Shown here: in pieces, positions 44,192 to 64,000 of the stretch | How positions within the stretch are numbered: position 1 is the first letter of the stretch | Layout: each line of letters begins with the position of its first letter | Assembly (NCBI RefSeq): GCF_009914755.1 | Contig: NC_060939.1 | From: the human T2T-CHM13v2.0 reference genome, Homo sapiens | Strand: one strand, 5' to 3' | Length of the DNA: 64,000 nt | Notes under the pieces: generated by a model | The model's input: the letters and a program-made list of their open reading frames with translations, nothing else | Told to the model about the DNA's origin: nothing | Databases searched by the model: none | Position numbers and translations under genes: made by a program

Positions 44192-45309
44192 TGAGCCACC
44201 ATGCCCGGCGTATACTTGGGGATCTCTTTTAAAACTCTGTTTTGTTTCCTCAACTGTATTTTTGTGCCTGAACCATACTGTTTCAGAAAGTTTCAAATAT
44301 ACATGAAAACACCATCTTGTTTCACTACTTTTTAATATTGGTGAGGGCTCGTTCTTTCTCAGACTGTCCTAGTTATTTTGGTTATTGCCCTTCCCCAAAA
44401 TGCCATATCTTTCTCTGCTTTTGCTTATATTGGCTCCTCTTCCTAGTGTATATTAATACATCTCACCTCTCCAGTTTCTATCGTACAAAATACTGCTTGT
44501 TCTTTAAGGTTCAGTTAAAATGATGCTTCTTCCTTGAAGTCACCATCTCTTGGATTCTCATAGTATCTTGTTACTCCCTTGTGATACATTCTGTTTACTA
44601 ACTAAAGTTAATGCTCTTTGGATACAAGGCTTATCTATTTTATTAGTCTGAGTGATCCTTGAAGGCAGACTAGGTCTCATCTATCTTTGAACATGCCACG
44701 TTTCCTAGCACAGTGACCATTCATTTATTCATTCATTCAGTAAGCATTTAGGAAGCAACACATGGGGTTTAGTGCTGCGAGGAATACAGAGTAGTAGATG
44801 TGATTCCTGCCCTCAAAAAGCTTACAGTCTTATTGGGATTACCAGGCTTTAGGTATGTAAAGATCATCAAGAATAACAAGCATTTAAGTGTTATAATCGT
44901 ACTTAGAGTAAGTACTTAAGGAATCCAGAAGAATAACATATCCAAAGTTTGTTTTGAATGAGTTCAGGGAGGGTCATTTTGGTTGGAGGGGACAGCTTAA
45001 AGACTCTAAGGCAGGAATGTACACCATGTGTTTGAGGGGATCAGGTGGTGCTAGTCTGGGTGAAACTAAGAGGATATAGTCACAGTGCCCATCTTTCCAA
45101 GTGTTTCAGGAGGCCAGACTCCTATATTTCACCTCTAAGCTGGTCCAGACTCCTAGAGGAGATGAAGACCAAACGGTTTCTCTGGTACAATGACAAAGTG
45201 GTTTCAGAAGCGTACTGGATACTTAGTTGAGTCCAGCCTATATAGGACATGTCATCACTCCCATTCCAGGAAGCAAGAAAGGGAGGATGGGTGCTTTCCC
45301 TTTAGATAA

Positions 45310-46626
<1,317 letters not shown>

Positions 46627-47340
46627 GATATATCTGTTTTTCTACAGGAGGGTTTTCTGAGCAAAACTCTCCATTGTCGGTCTGTTAATATATTCTTTAT
46701 TTCACCTATCAGTGCAAAGATGGACAGTGTGTTTGATTTATATTCCACAAACCCTATAGCATTAAGTCTAGCGTCAGCAGATGATCTGCAAAAAATTTAC
46801 ATTTTGCTCTATGGACTCTAGAGCCTATTTTACTTTATTTTATTTATTTATTTATTTTGAGGCAGTCTTGCTCTGTCACCTGGGCTGGAGTGCAGTGGTG
46901 CGATCTCAGTTCACTGCAACCTCTGCCTCCGGGTTCAGGTGATTCTCCTGCCTCAGCCTTCTGAGTAGCTGGGACTACAGGTGCGTGTCACCACGCCCGG
47001 CTCGTTTTTATATTTTTAGTAGAGACAGTGTTTCACCATGTTGGCCAGGCTTAGGTCTTGAACTCCTAACGTCAAGTGATCCACCCACCTCAGCCTCCCA
47101 AAGTGATTACAGGCATTAGCTGCTGCACCCAGCCTAGAGCAAATTTTAATTTAGTGTTTGTTTCCTACACCAAAGGCAGGCAGAGTCTTTGTCAGACATG
47201 GCAATAGTATGCTCTGGCTTCTAGAACATGGCTGGGTGACTTTATCTCTTAAAGCCAAAGCCAGAAATTGATAATTTACTATGAAATATTTTGGGGCATT
47301 TCCAGTTGCAGGTTTTGATATACCTGGCTAAGGTATGGTA

Positions 47341-47972
47341 TGTTCAAGGTAGAGGGGTCGTGACTGCAAGTTGTCCAGGTTCTTGGTGTTTTGAAGAAGG
47401 AATTGGACAAAATGCCCAGTAAAGCAAAGAAAGAATGAAACGAGAGAATGAAAGCAGGGATTTATTAAAAATGAAAGTACACTCCACAGTATGGGAGCAG
47501 GCTGAGCACTGACTCAAGGGATCAGATACAGAATCTCCTTGGGTGCAAATACCCTCTAGAAGTTTTCCCATTGGCCACTGCATGCTCACCTCATGTAAAT
47601 GAAGTGGTAGCTTGCAATCTGTCTGATTGGTTGCAGAAGGCAGTCAACCAGAGCCTGAAGTGAAGTTGCAAAAGTCACACTGCTGTGCAAACAGAGGTTA
47701 GGGTGAAGTTACAAAGTCATACCTCTATGGTAAACGAAGAAGACTCGGCCAGCAATCAGCCTGATTGGTTGTAGACAGCAACCATTCAGAGCTGTGGAGT
47801 GAAGTTACAAAGTTGCAAATGAAGCCAAGACCCCCAACTCCTTCATCCCACCCCTTTTGTTACTTTTGTTACTTAGGCGTGGAAAGTCTAGGGTTTTCCT
47901 TTCAGTTTAGTTCTGGGAAGTTGGCGTGAGAGCCTTAGGTTCCCTGCCTCTAGACCCTATTCTCCTGCCTCA
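47341..47972 (-). mobile_element. MER51-family ERV1 solo LTR
   Basis: Minus strand starts TGAGGCAGGAGAATAGGGTCTAGAGGCAGGGAACCTAAGGC; repeated CCAATC motifs. Confidence 0.8.
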
Positions 47973-48472
47973 TATCCAGTATGGATCCTTGCTGCTACTT
48001 GCTGCTCTTTCTGAACTGCATTTTTTGGGACTGGAGTTTGGCCTCATATATTCTTTTCCAGGATAAAGTTTGAGGTGGTTGTTACAATATGTTGGCTCCA
48101 ATTATTCTGTGATTTACATATATTTACACAAGCCCACTTTCCAGTAAAAATAGACTTTTTATTTATTTATTTATTTATTTTCGAGACAGAGTCTTGCTCT
48201 GTTGCCTAGGCTGGAGTGCAGCCTGCCTCAGCCTCCTGAGTAGCTGGGACTACAGGCACGTGCTACCACACCTGACTAATTTTTGTATTTTTAGTAAATA
48301 TTGGGTTTCCCCATGCAAGCCCAGCTGGACTCGAACTCCTGACCCTGTGATCCTCTCAGCCTCCCAAAGTGCTGGGATTACAGGCATGAGCCACCATGCC
48401 AGCCAAAAATAGACATTTTAGAATTGTGAGCAGGTGTGGAGGTGAAGAGGAAACAATTTGTGTCTTTGTTCT

Positions 48473-49222
48473 TGTAATCACCAGATTACAAGGTTCTTGC
48501 CTGCTGCCCCATAGAGCCAATTTACCGAGACAGTGGAATCACAATAAAGAGTTGAATAAACACAGAGCCAGCTAAGCAAAAGCCCAGAGTTTATTACTCA
48601 AATCAGTCTCCCCAAATATGTGGAGACGAGGGTTTTTAAAGGATAGTTTTGCAGGCAGGGGGCTAGGGAATGGGGAATATTGATTGGTTGGGTCTGGGAT
48701 GAAATCATAGGGGGTCAAAGCTTGTCTTCTTGTGCTGAGTCAGTTATTGGGTGGGAGGGCCACAGGACCAGATGAGCCAGTTTTGTAAGGTCTGGGTGGC
48801 ACCAGCTGGTCATCAGAATACAGGGTCTGAAAAATACTTCAATTCCTATCTTTGGTTCAAAGAACCAAAGGAAAAATACTTCAGTTCCTATCTATAGGAG
48901 CAATTGAGGAGGTTAAGAATCTTGTGATCCCTGACTGCATGACTCCTGCACCGTAATTTCTAGTCTTGTGGCTAATGTGTTAGTTTTACAAAGGTGGTCT
49001 GGTCCCCATGCAAGGAGGGGGTTTGTTTGGGGAAGGGGCTGTTACCTGTTTCAAAGTTAAACTATAAATTCCTTCCTTAGTTAGCTTGACCTGTGCCCAG
49101 GAGTGAACAAGGTAGCCTGGAGGTTAGAAGTAAGATGGAGTTGCTTAGGTCAGATTTCTTTCACTGCCATAACTTCCTATGTCAGATTTTTCACTGTCAT
49201 GATTTTTGCAAAGGCAGTTTCA
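48473..49222 (-). mobile_element. LTR8-family ERV1 solo LTR
   Basis: Minus strand starts TGAAACTGCCTTTGCAAAA and ends TTACA. Confidence 0.8.
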
Positions 49223-49614
49223 GTCTGTCTGCTTCTACTTGTTTGATCCACGCTTCTCTTACCTGTCTCTTAAATCAACATCAAATTTGATTTTTTTATT
49301 TGTGGAAGCTCATAAGGTCATATAATATGTGATTATTCTACCTCGTTCATTCATTCAGCATGCATTTACATAAAAATATGCCAAGAATTGTGCTAGGCAC
49401 TGGAAATAACCAATAAGAACCAACATTGTATTTGTCCTTTAAAAACTAATAGTTCTTGACAGAGACAGATACTAAAGAGAGAATTACTCCACAGTGTGGT
49501 AAATGTTATCATATTTTAACCAAGGATTTGAAAAAACGTGAAGAGGGAGGAAGATTGTTTTTGTCAGGGGAGGAAATCTAGTTCATAGTATGATTGCTTT
49601 ATTCAGGATCAAAT

Positions 49615-49646
<32 letters not shown>

Positions 49647-51358
49647 GAGACAGGGTCTCTCTCTGTCCCCCAGGCTGGAGTGGAATGCAGTGGTGTGATC
49701 TTAGTTCACTGCAGCCTTGATCTCCTGGGCTCAAGCAATCCTCCCAACTTAGCCTCCTGAGTAACTAAGACTACAAACATGTGCCACCACACCTGGCTAA
49801 TTTTTTATTTTTTGTAGAAACAAGGTCTCACTATGTTGCTCAGGCTGGTCTCTAACTCCTGGGCTCAAGTGATCCATCCACCTCAGCCTCCCAAAGTGCT
49901 GGGATTACAGGTGTGAGCCATCGCGCCTGACCTGGATCGAATGGAATTTAAATCCATATATTCTGTTCCAAAGATGAGAAGGACATTTCTTCTTAAATCT
50001 TGAGGGTGCTGTTTCATGTACATAAATTTAACCTCACAGCTTGGTGAGTTTCCAAAAAGATCAAAGACTTCTCAAAGCATCATATGAATTATTCACTAGT
50101 CCTAACATGGAGCTCTCTCCTGAGTTTTATTCTGGATGCCATTTAATCTTATAATAAAATAGATATATGAATCATTTGGTTGAGGCTGCTACTTAGCATA
50201 TTAACTTGATGTATGGTCATTATAGAGGGGCTGGATTCAGATGTTTGAACTACAGCGAAAACCTTTCTGCAGGAAAGGCAGAGTTGACAGTTTCTTATTT
50301 TTCAAGTATGAGGCAAAGGAACATGAGCTATTTATAGACTCACTTCCGCAACAGACTGAACACAATAGAAGCCTGAAATCAAATGGTGACCAGATGTGCC
50401 CAGGCATCCCCCAAGTCTAGGTGTCAAAATTATAAAAGACAGAGCCCCTGGGGAATTGGTTTCAGGGCAGAAGCAGTGCACTTAAGCCCATAAGATCACC
50501 ATCTGTATACAAATAGCCCCTTAAACAGCTGGTCCTCAGGAGTGGAAGAGGTAAACAACAGTGTGTTCAAACTCACTTTTCTTGCTTCTCTTCCTAGAAG
50601 TGGGGGATAATCCCTTTGTCAATAACTTTATTTCCCAATTCTTGTCTCTCTAGTTAGGCAGTTAGAAAAGATACAGCTGCGTTCTGGGGATATGCGCTGA
50701 ATTGGTGTCCGAGGAAGATTAATGCAGCTTCCATGCAGTTGGTGGAGATCATGGTTCTGCTGAGATGAGAAGACATCTGACAGGGATGGAAACCCATAAT
50801 TACTTTTCTTTCTTTACTGTTCCTCCCCTGTTAAACTAATTTCATCTTGTTTGTGGTGGTGTTGTGGCGATGTTTAAAGCACAAACATGTCGTGGTCTCT
50901 GGCTGGTATTGCTTTTCCTTTTCTCCCGCATCAGAGATTTTAAGAAAATACAAACAACTTCCTCTTTCCATAAACATCTGGAAACATTCCCATGGAGTTT
51001 AGATTCAATTTCAGGGTTTGGAAAAGTTGTACTTAATTTTGGAAAATGTTCAAACCAGCTTGCTTCAATGGGAAGGGAGAAAAGAAAATAGCACTTTTTG
51101 AGAACCTACAGTCTTCCAGGTACTGTATTGAGTACTTATCACCTTCACAACAACCCTGTAAAGTGGGTTAGTACTCTGTTTTACAGATGTGCTTACTGAG
51201 GTTCAGAGATGAAGCCCAGTTTTAGTCCATTCTACTGTCTCACCACATCCTGCTACCTTTGCACTCCTTCTCTGTGCTAACCTCTAATACTTGGAGTATG
51301 ACATGAATTAGCTGACAATTGGAAAATATTGGACTGTTAAATCTTGCATTTACTATAG

Positions 51359-51659
<301 letters not shown>

Positions 51660-51959
51660 TAGGCTGGTCTCAAACTCCTGGGCTCAGGTGGTCCTCCCAC
51701 CTCAGCCTCCCAAAGTGCTGGGATTACAGGTGTAAGCCACTGCGCCCAGCCTATTTTTAGTTTTGTATCCAGAGTAAGTGCTTGTATACATGTACAGTCA
51801 GGGTGCTTTCTTCTGAATCCCCTGAGTAGACCTAACTGACCCAGCTACTCTCTAAGGCACAAAAAATAGCTCACCCATTATAGCAAATGGATGCTTCATT
51901 TCACTCATTCTGACCCAGAGGCTGGGTTTTGAAGTGTACTTCATTGATTGATTGATTGA

Positions 51960-52061
<102 letters not shown>

Positions 52062-52068
52062 TGAGTAG

Positions 52069-52434
<366 letters not shown>

Positions 52435-52630
52435 TGATCTGCCCACCTCACCCTCCCAAAGTGCTGGGATGACAGGTGTGAGCCACTGTGCCCACCCTCC
52501 TGATGCCTCTTTTTCTGAATAGATTCTTTCTCATCTGTGGAGTACCCTAGGAATTCCAGTTTCATATTAGAGAGGGAAAGAATAAATACAGGACCTCCAG
52601 ACTGAATCTAGGAGAATCTTAATATATTAT

Positions 52631-52643
52631 ACACACACACACT

Positions 52644-52683
<40 letters not shown>
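52631..52683. repeat. (CA)n microsatellite
   Basis: Interrupted CA run. Confidence 0.95.
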
Positions 52684-52685
<2 letters not shown>

Positions 52686-54437
52686 TATATATTTGAATAT
52701 AATTAAATCCTATATTGTTTTACAGGTTTTTCCTAAATCCCACCTGCTTCCAAGTATTTATTTTCTAGCAAGTATTTATTTACCCCCCTCTGATCAGTAT
52801 CTTCCACATAGAAGTACTTACACAGTAGGGAGGATGAATCTCTTAGGCATTTGTCAGCTCCGTTAGGATTTTTAGAGGTTTACTATGTTTTATTGAAAAC
52901 CAGCCTCAAGTTCCTGATTGACTGTCCAGGTTTGTGTCAGTATATTTCTTAGTTGTCACTAACAAGTAATTGTGGAGCTGAGTGCTCACCCCCACCCCCC
53001 GCAGGTCTCTTTTCCATTATCTTATTTTTTGTTTTTTTGCATACACTTTGGTAAGTTGCTGAGACAACCTTGAGAAACACCTTTGTCCAGGGATATGGGC
53101 TAAGGCTGGAGTCAGGCTTTGTTTGCTTGGTTGAAGTGACTTGCTATGAAGGGCTGAGGTGTAAGAAGTGCCACAGACGAGTGTGGTTAGAGATCTTGTG
53201 ACTCTGGCATGCAGCACTGCCCTTCTGCAAGCTAGTCTTTAGGATTGGAGGAGGGTAGTGTGGTTTGTGGGTAGTGTGGCTTGAGGGAAGACAGGACCCT
53301 GCCAGCCGGATGCGTGAGGTGGATGCTGTTCAGATGAACACATAACTAATCTCTTCAACCAGACCCTGGATTGCCAAGAATGATATGGGCTTCACCTGGG
53401 CTGGCTGAACCCAACAATGAAACCGGAATTGTCTCAGAGGCTCAGCTCCCTTGCTTCTCTTACATTAAGATTGGTCTCTAGAGACCCATTTAGACTAAAC
53501 AGTATTAAAAACAGGAAATTTGCTCCTAGCAGCCTGATTGCAGGAAAAGTTTTTTCCACATAGGCAGGAATGAATGTTAAGAACAAAAACTCCATCCTCC
53601 AGGCTTGTTTTCTTATATAAAATTATTAGCAACCAAAAAAACTTGAAGCATCTTTGACATATTGGACTACCTCTCAGAGTGCTGACAGGACCCAATACCA
53701 AAAGGTGATAAAGAGCTCTTGTGAACACAATCAAAAATATGAAAACGGTGCTTTGTGGAAGATACTGACCTGGTAATGTTTATCTTGCCTGAAGATCAAA
53801 TATGTGGAAATTAATGCAGAAAGGATTGGGGGAAACCTAAAGAACAGCTATAATTTAATTTTAGTCAACACTCATTTATTGTGACTATTCTGGATTCAGT
53901 CCATAGATTATGTATTCATGTATTCAGTCAGTGTTAACCGAGCATGCACTGTGCGTTGTTGCTGGGTGCCATGTCCCAGCTTCAGCCTTAGATGTGTGAG
54001 ATCCTCTTTCCTCTTTGGTACCTCAGGGGCTTGCTAGGGTTTTCTTATGACAGTTCCGGGCATCCCTAGATCTAGAGACCAAACTCCTGGGACTGCTGCT
54101 CTTTTGAATGATTTTGCTGCTGAGGATAGTGGGGGGCGGGAAGGGGAATATATTGGAAGAAGAGAAAGGGGACAAAGAGAAAACTAAAAGCTAGAAAGGA
54201 AATGCTTTTTTTCTTCTGTGATGTCATTCTGCCCAAATAAGTCGAGTGTTGAAGAAGGCTTCTAAGCCCTCAGAACGTGACCCAAGTCCTCTCTCTAACC
54301 CTGGCTTCTATTCATAACCCTAATGTGGCTCAGTCAGTGTGTCATGAACACACTTCTGCAGAAGAGACGGTATGGTCAAAAGATTCTTTAGTAGATCTGT
54401 GTCATTTCTTTGCTTGTGAGGAAACAACTATTTTTAA

Positions 54438-54649
<212 letters not shown>

Positions 54650-55184
54650 TAGTCTTGAACTCCTGACCTCGTGATCTGCCTGCCTTGGCCTCCCAAAGTG
54701 CTGGGATTACAGGTGTGAGCCACCGTGCCCAGCCCTGAAATTTTAATTTAAGTGAAGGTGACAGTGGTTTCTGGCTAACTAGTTAATCAGAAATGTATTT
54801 GAATAATGGCTGGGTGTGGTGGCTCATGCCTGCAATTCCAGCACTTTGGGAGGCTGAGGCGGATGGATCACTTGAGGTCAGGAGTTCCAGACCAGCCTGG
54901 CCCATATGGCAAAACCCTATCTCTACTAAAAATTCAAAAATTAGCTGAGCATGGTGGTGGGCTCCTGTAATCCCAGCTACTCGCGAGGCTGAGGCAGGAG
55001 AATCACTTGAACGCAGGAGGTGGAGGTTGCAGTAAGCTTAGATCGCGGCACTGAACTCCAGCCTGGGCGACAGAACGAGACACTATCTCCAAGAAATAAA
55101 ATAAAAAATAAAGAAATGTGTTTGAATAAGAGTCTCATTTTGTGATCATTTACGTAAAAGCAGCATAACCATTGCTTTATGATA

Positions 55185-55530
55185 GTCATTTTTGCTGCTC
55201 GCTGAATATTCATTGCCCTTCATCTTCTGCTGCTAGGATTTCACTTCCCAGCCCCACTTGGTTAGGTGGGGCCATGTGATTGGTTCTAGCCAGTGGGTTA
55301 TTAGCAGAAATAATGTCTGAGCCTTTGATTGCTGGGATATGACCCTCTAAAGCCCTCTTTCCTTTCGGCAGCATGATCAGCAACATTGGAGATGGGTTGT
55401 TCTCTCAGTTGGGCCCTAGAGAAGCTGTAACAATCAGTGTCCCCTACTGACTCCTGTGTAGCATAAGCCAGAAATAAACTTCATTGTTTAAACCACTATT
55501 CTTTTGGGGTTTGCTGCAATAGCCAAACTT
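55185..55530 (+). mobile_element. Old MLT1 (I/J-like) MaLR LTR
   Basis: GGCCATGTGATTGGTTCTAGCCAGTG...AGAAATAAACTTCATTGTTTAAACCACT. Confidence 0.65.
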
Positions 55531-56120
55531 ATACTTTCTTTTTCTTCTTCTTTTCTTTTTTTAAGACAGAGTCTCACTCTTGTCGCCCAGGCTGGAGTGC
55601 AGTGGCGCAATCTTGGCTCACTGCAACCTCCGCCGCCCGGGTTCAAGCTTCTCCTGCCTCAGCCTCCTGAGTAGCTGGGATTACAGGCACCCGCCACCAC
55701 GCCCGACTTATTTTTGTACTTTTAGTAGAGACGGGGTTTCGCCATGTTGGCCAGGCTGGTCTTGAACTCCTGACCTCAGGTGATCCGCTTATCTCAGCCT
55801 CCCAAAGTGCTGGGATTACAGGCGTGAGCTACCGTGCCTGGCCCAAACTGATTCTTTCTTAACTGATAGATTACTCACTGTTGAGTTTGTTGAATGGCTT
55901 TAACTTTGATATAATATCAGTCACAGTAAGAAAATGGGTCGAGGTGATCTGTATATGTACTTTCATTTTATTTTCAATGATAAATTATTTTAATGAATTT
56001 CCAAGGATTGAAAGTACCCAGGACTCTCTTAGTCTTGCTTTTTTCCCCCTTTTTCTATGGAAACCCACAAATCTATTCTATTTTTTGAAGTTGGCTCTAA
56101 AAAGGACTTTTGCCCTACAG

Positions 56121-56345
56121 CAGGGCTTGGCAAACTATGATCTGTGGGCCAAATCTTGCCACCACCTGTTTTAGAAAGTAAAGATTTTTTGAAATACAGC
56201 CATGTCCATTAGTTTATGTAATATTTGTGGATGATTTTGTATACTACAAAGATGGAGTTGAGTAGTTGTGACAGAAACATTATGATCCACAAAGCTGAAA
56301 ATACTTGCTATCTGGCTCTTGATAGAAAAAGTTTGCCAGTGTCTG
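56121..56345. mobile_element. MER58A hAT MITE
   Basis: CAGGGCTTGGCAAACTATG ... AAAAAGTTTGCCAGTGTCTG inverted ends. Confidence 0.8.
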
Positions 56346-56974
56346 CCTTGTAGGATCCTTAATTATTAGGAATGGAAATGTTCCCAGAGGATTTGCCTCA
56401 ATTGTTGGAGACATTCTCGTTCTTGGAAATTCCACCTGATGGAAGGAAAGCCTTCTTTTGGATCTTTAGTCCAGCATCACCTTTTAAATATACTATCCTT
56501 TAGACAGAGACACAGCTTACCCTTCTTGGGTTTTGCCTATGACTAGATAAAGACTCCCTCAACCTTGATAATCATGCCATCTTTTATACTGCCACCCTCA
56601 TTGTCCTTGTCCAGGCCAGCTGCTGGGCAGACTGCTAACATGTCCACTTCTCATACAACTGCTCTTCAGTGTGTCTACTTTATGCTTGTTGCTGTTGGCT
56701 GTTAAACTTGCCATTGTATTAGGGCTTTTTCAGGATACAAGGACGAGGGGTGATTAGGTTATCTCACATTGTGGGTCATTAAGGCTATGTGGGGAAATAA
56801 ACTGGAAACTGTCAGCAGTCACACAGCCAAGCCACATGACACTGGAATATTATTTATTACTGCTCAGAATTCAACAGTAACTATAAGAGACTAATGGTAC
56901 CTCTCTCCTGTCAAGAACTCCCCAAAAGAGTTGATCAGTTAATCTTTGGCATACCCTTATTAACATTATTATGA

Positions 56975-57067
<93 letters not shown>

Positions 57068-57874
57068 TGATCATCCTGTCTCAGGGCCTTAGCCTCCTGA
57101 AGTAGCTAGAACTACAAGCATGTTCCACCACACCTGGCTAATCTTTATATTTTTTGTAGAGACAGGGTCTCTCTATATTGCCCAAGCTGGTTTCAAACTC
57201 CTGGCCTCAAGTGATCCTCCAACCTTGGGCTCCCAAAATGGTGGCATTACAGGCCGGAGCCACCTCGCCTGGCCCCTTATTAGCATTCTTATTTGGGTCA
57301 TCTGTGAGCTGACAGTGAGCACCTAAGAACATGAGTCTTAGGCTCATGCTAAAAATGCTTACCTTTGCTTGGAAATCGAGTCAGTGAGGCTCTGGAAAGA
57401 AGTGACATAAAACATGGTAAATTATGATAAAGGAATCATTTGTGGTTGTCTTTTTAGAAGAGGCTGTGGGAACGGCAAGAACTTAGAGTCTATTCCAATA
57501 AAGCTATCTTTTATCATTTCTCACAGGATTCTAATGAATCCATCTTTTTGTAGGGAGGAGGGAAGTGTTAGAGCTAGATGTCCATCTGTCTGTTAGGATA
57601 GCCTCATAAGGAATTTATCAGATCTCACATGCTACTCGGACAGTTGTCCATGGGAACATTCTTTAGCAAAAAGAAGCACTGACAGAAATAGCAAAATCCA
57701 GCCGGTTGCAGTGGCGCATGCCCATAATCCTATCAATTGGGAGGCCGAGGTGGGCGGATCACCTGAGGTCAGAAGTTTGAGACCAGCCTGGCCAACGTGG
57801 TGAAACCCCGTCTCTGCTAAAAGTACAAAAATTGGCAGGGTGTGGTTGCACATGCCTGTAATCCTAGCTACTCA

Positions 57875-58081
<207 letters not shown>

Positions 58082-58669
58082 CTAGGGTCTTATGCTGGGA
58101 ATATGGATTTATGTTTCTGTATGCATTTATGTATATCTTTCATCTGTATAATGAGTGTATGTATCTGTTATCTCTATATAAACTCCTCCTATTTGTTATT
58201 TTCTTTTTCTTTCCTTTTTTTGTTTTTTAACTTTTCAGAAAATGAAGCACTAGACAGGGACTTAGGGGACTGGCCTAGGGACAGAGAGATTTCCATTTTT
58301 GCATTTTTACCTTCCAATAAAGGTAATAAAAGAGTAGCATTTAGCAAAGAGGGGATATTTTAGGATCTGATACCAGAGAGACCCTAAACTTTCATCTTTG
58401 GTACCCCAACCCCTTCTAGGTGAAAGATGGTCAAGCATAGTGATTAAAAAGTATGGTTTATTTCCCAGATTCATAATTTACTGGCCATAATCCTGAGCAA
58501 GTCCATTTATATTTCTGTGCCTCAGTTATCTATAAAATGAGGATAATAATAATACCTGAGAGGAGTTGTGAGGACTATATTAGTAAATAAATGTAAAGCA
58601 CTTATAATAGTGCTTAGCAGATAATAAGTGCTGTCTGTTGTCATTATTGACTTCTCTGATACCATATCA

Positions 58670-61100
<2,431 letters not shown>

Positions 61101-61702
61101 AAAAATGTAATTGTGTTCTACTCATTTAATAATGGCCATGTGGGTGAAACTTGTGCAAATGAAAAGGTTAATATGTGCAATGAAAAGGTTAATAATAGGC
61201 AAAAAGACTCCAGAAATGATTTATGTGCAAATGAAAGGTTAATAATGGGCAAAAGACTCCAAAAACGATCAACAAATGGGAGTGGGATCAGATTTTATTA
61301 CTTTTGGCCAAAGGCCATTTCAAAATATTAGTAAGACTGTTATTCAGAAATACTGAAGGGGAGACATGGTAAAGTTTCTTCCACTGTAAAGTGAAACAAC
61401 GGAAAGTAAGGAACCTTGAGGAACAATTTTAAATTGTAGAGTAATAGCTTAGTGTTCAACAGATAAGATTTGCCTTTCCTGATAACTCTGCCAACAGAGT
61501 TATTTTGTTAGCGGCAGAATATCACAGTGGTTCAGAGCAAGAGCTTTGTTTAGAAGTACCTACTACTAGCTGTGTGCCTTCATTTTTCTCATAGGAAAGT
61601 TAGAGAATGGCCGGGTGCAGTGGCCCATACCTGTAATCCCAGCACTTTGGGGGGCTGAGGTGGGCGGATCACCAGGTCAGGAGATCGAGACCATCCTGGC
61701 TA

Positions 61703-61921
<219 letters not shown>

Positions 61922-62320
61922 TTAGAGAATAACAGTAACTACTTCATAAATGTATTGTAAGGATTAAATGAGTTAATCTTTAAGGTGCTAAGAAGTAATC
62001 TAATACAAAAATAATTCCTGAGTTAAGTGTTATTAGCTATATGGATCTAAAATGCTGGTTTTGAATAGAACACTTCTAATGAAGTATTCATTGTGTAAAA
62101 GAATCCTAACAATTCACCTTACACAGTAAGAGCCGTGCCCAGCACAGTGTTTTGCTTTAGTACATGCTTTACAAATACTGGTGGAATAAATAATTTTCAT
62201 TCCTTTCACATAATTTTATTAGAGTGTCTGATTAGTTCAACATTATTTCACATATTTTGATTAATATAGGATTTCAGAAATTAATGCCAGTCAAATTAAT
62301 GTTTGACTTCAGAAAATTAG

Positions 62321-62503
<183 letters not shown>

Positions 62504-62743
62504 TGATAATAGTTATCACCCTAGTTGGAATTGGATTCAAGAATGAAAGCGACTCCTGTGTACATAAATATACACAGCTTTCAATGGGGGGAATGTGAGT
62601 ATGCTAACTTGTGCTTTCAACAGTCATTACACATTATCACAACTTTATATAGAAAAGGAATCTAAACAATTTTGTTTATTGTACTACCATTTGATTTTTA
62701 AATTCTCTTTCACTGTTGTTTTCATTCCTTCGTTTTTGTTTAA

Positions 62744-63032
<289 letters not shown>

Positions 63033-63560
63033 TAGGCATGAGCCACCGTGCCTAGCCCATTCCTTCATTTAGTACACACTTTATGTATTTAGTAGTATAC
63101 TTTTATTATGTATTTCTTTAGTATACACTTTTATTTACTATTTATTTATGATTTACAGGGCCTTGCTGTCTCCCAGGCTGGAGTGCAGTGGTGTGATCAT
63201 AGCTCACTGCATTCTTGACCTCCTGAGCTCAATTGATCCTCTTGCCTCAGCCTCCTGAGTAGCTGGGAGTACAGGTGTGCGCCACCACACCTGGCTAATT
63301 TTTGTATTTTTTGTAGAGATGGGGTCTCCCTATGTTGCCCAGGTTGGTCGTGAACTCCTGTGCTCAAGTGATCCTCCTGCTTCAGTCTCCCAAAGTGCTA
63401 GGATTACAGGCATGAGCCGCCACACCCTGCCACTATACACTTTTATTTGTGTTGATTTTGTTAATTTATATTGGGCTAGATAATCATCCATTTCATCTAG
63501 GTTTCCAAATATATGGTGCTAGAGTATATCACTATGCATGAATGTCCTCTTCTAATTTAA

Positions 63561-63851
<291 letters not shown>

Positions 63852-64000
63852 TGAGCCATCGCGCCTGGCCAACAGTTTTGTCTTTTATATATGGTTCTTT
63901 TTTCTTGTCCCCAGATATTTTTTTTAATCTTTTCCTATCTTAATCTGGCATTATCTATTTCATTGTTTTTCCAAAGAAATTGCTTTTGTAAATATTTATT

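Overview
Primate, almost certainly human, Alu-dense genomic DNA. From recalled gene order it is the HAUS2-STARD9 locus (15q15). On the + strand it holds the last five coding exons of HAUS2 (augmin subunit 2; 3207-11827) and a ~3.2 kb TE-rich 3' UTR ending near 15000. A 5.6 kb spacer follows, mostly a broken Tigger2 transposon carrying a MYL12B processed pseudogene and several Alus. Then come the STARD9 (kinesin-3) CpG-island promoter and coding exons 1-3 (20717-30640). Intron 1 contains an antisense EIF4EBP2 processed pseudogene. The remaining ~33 kb is STARD9 intron 3, filled with Alus, a truncated SVA, LTRs, DNA-transposon fossils and MIR/L2/L1 remnants. Most ORFs in the track are Alu or low-complexity artefacts. 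I found no clearly new multi-gene system. The most notable unexplained structures are: a cryptic four-copy ~127 bp repeat forming the STARD9 promoter; a G4 plus uORF at the STARD9 start; an LTR poly(A) signal between inverted Alus in the HAUS2 3' UTR; a CpG-retaining 4E-BP2 retrocopy with an intact eIF4E-binding motif; a palindromic AT-rich minisatellite; and a half-Alu flanked by a perfect inverted 17 bp duplication. Repeat subfamily names are from memory of consensus sequences and need RepeatMasker/Dfam confirmation.
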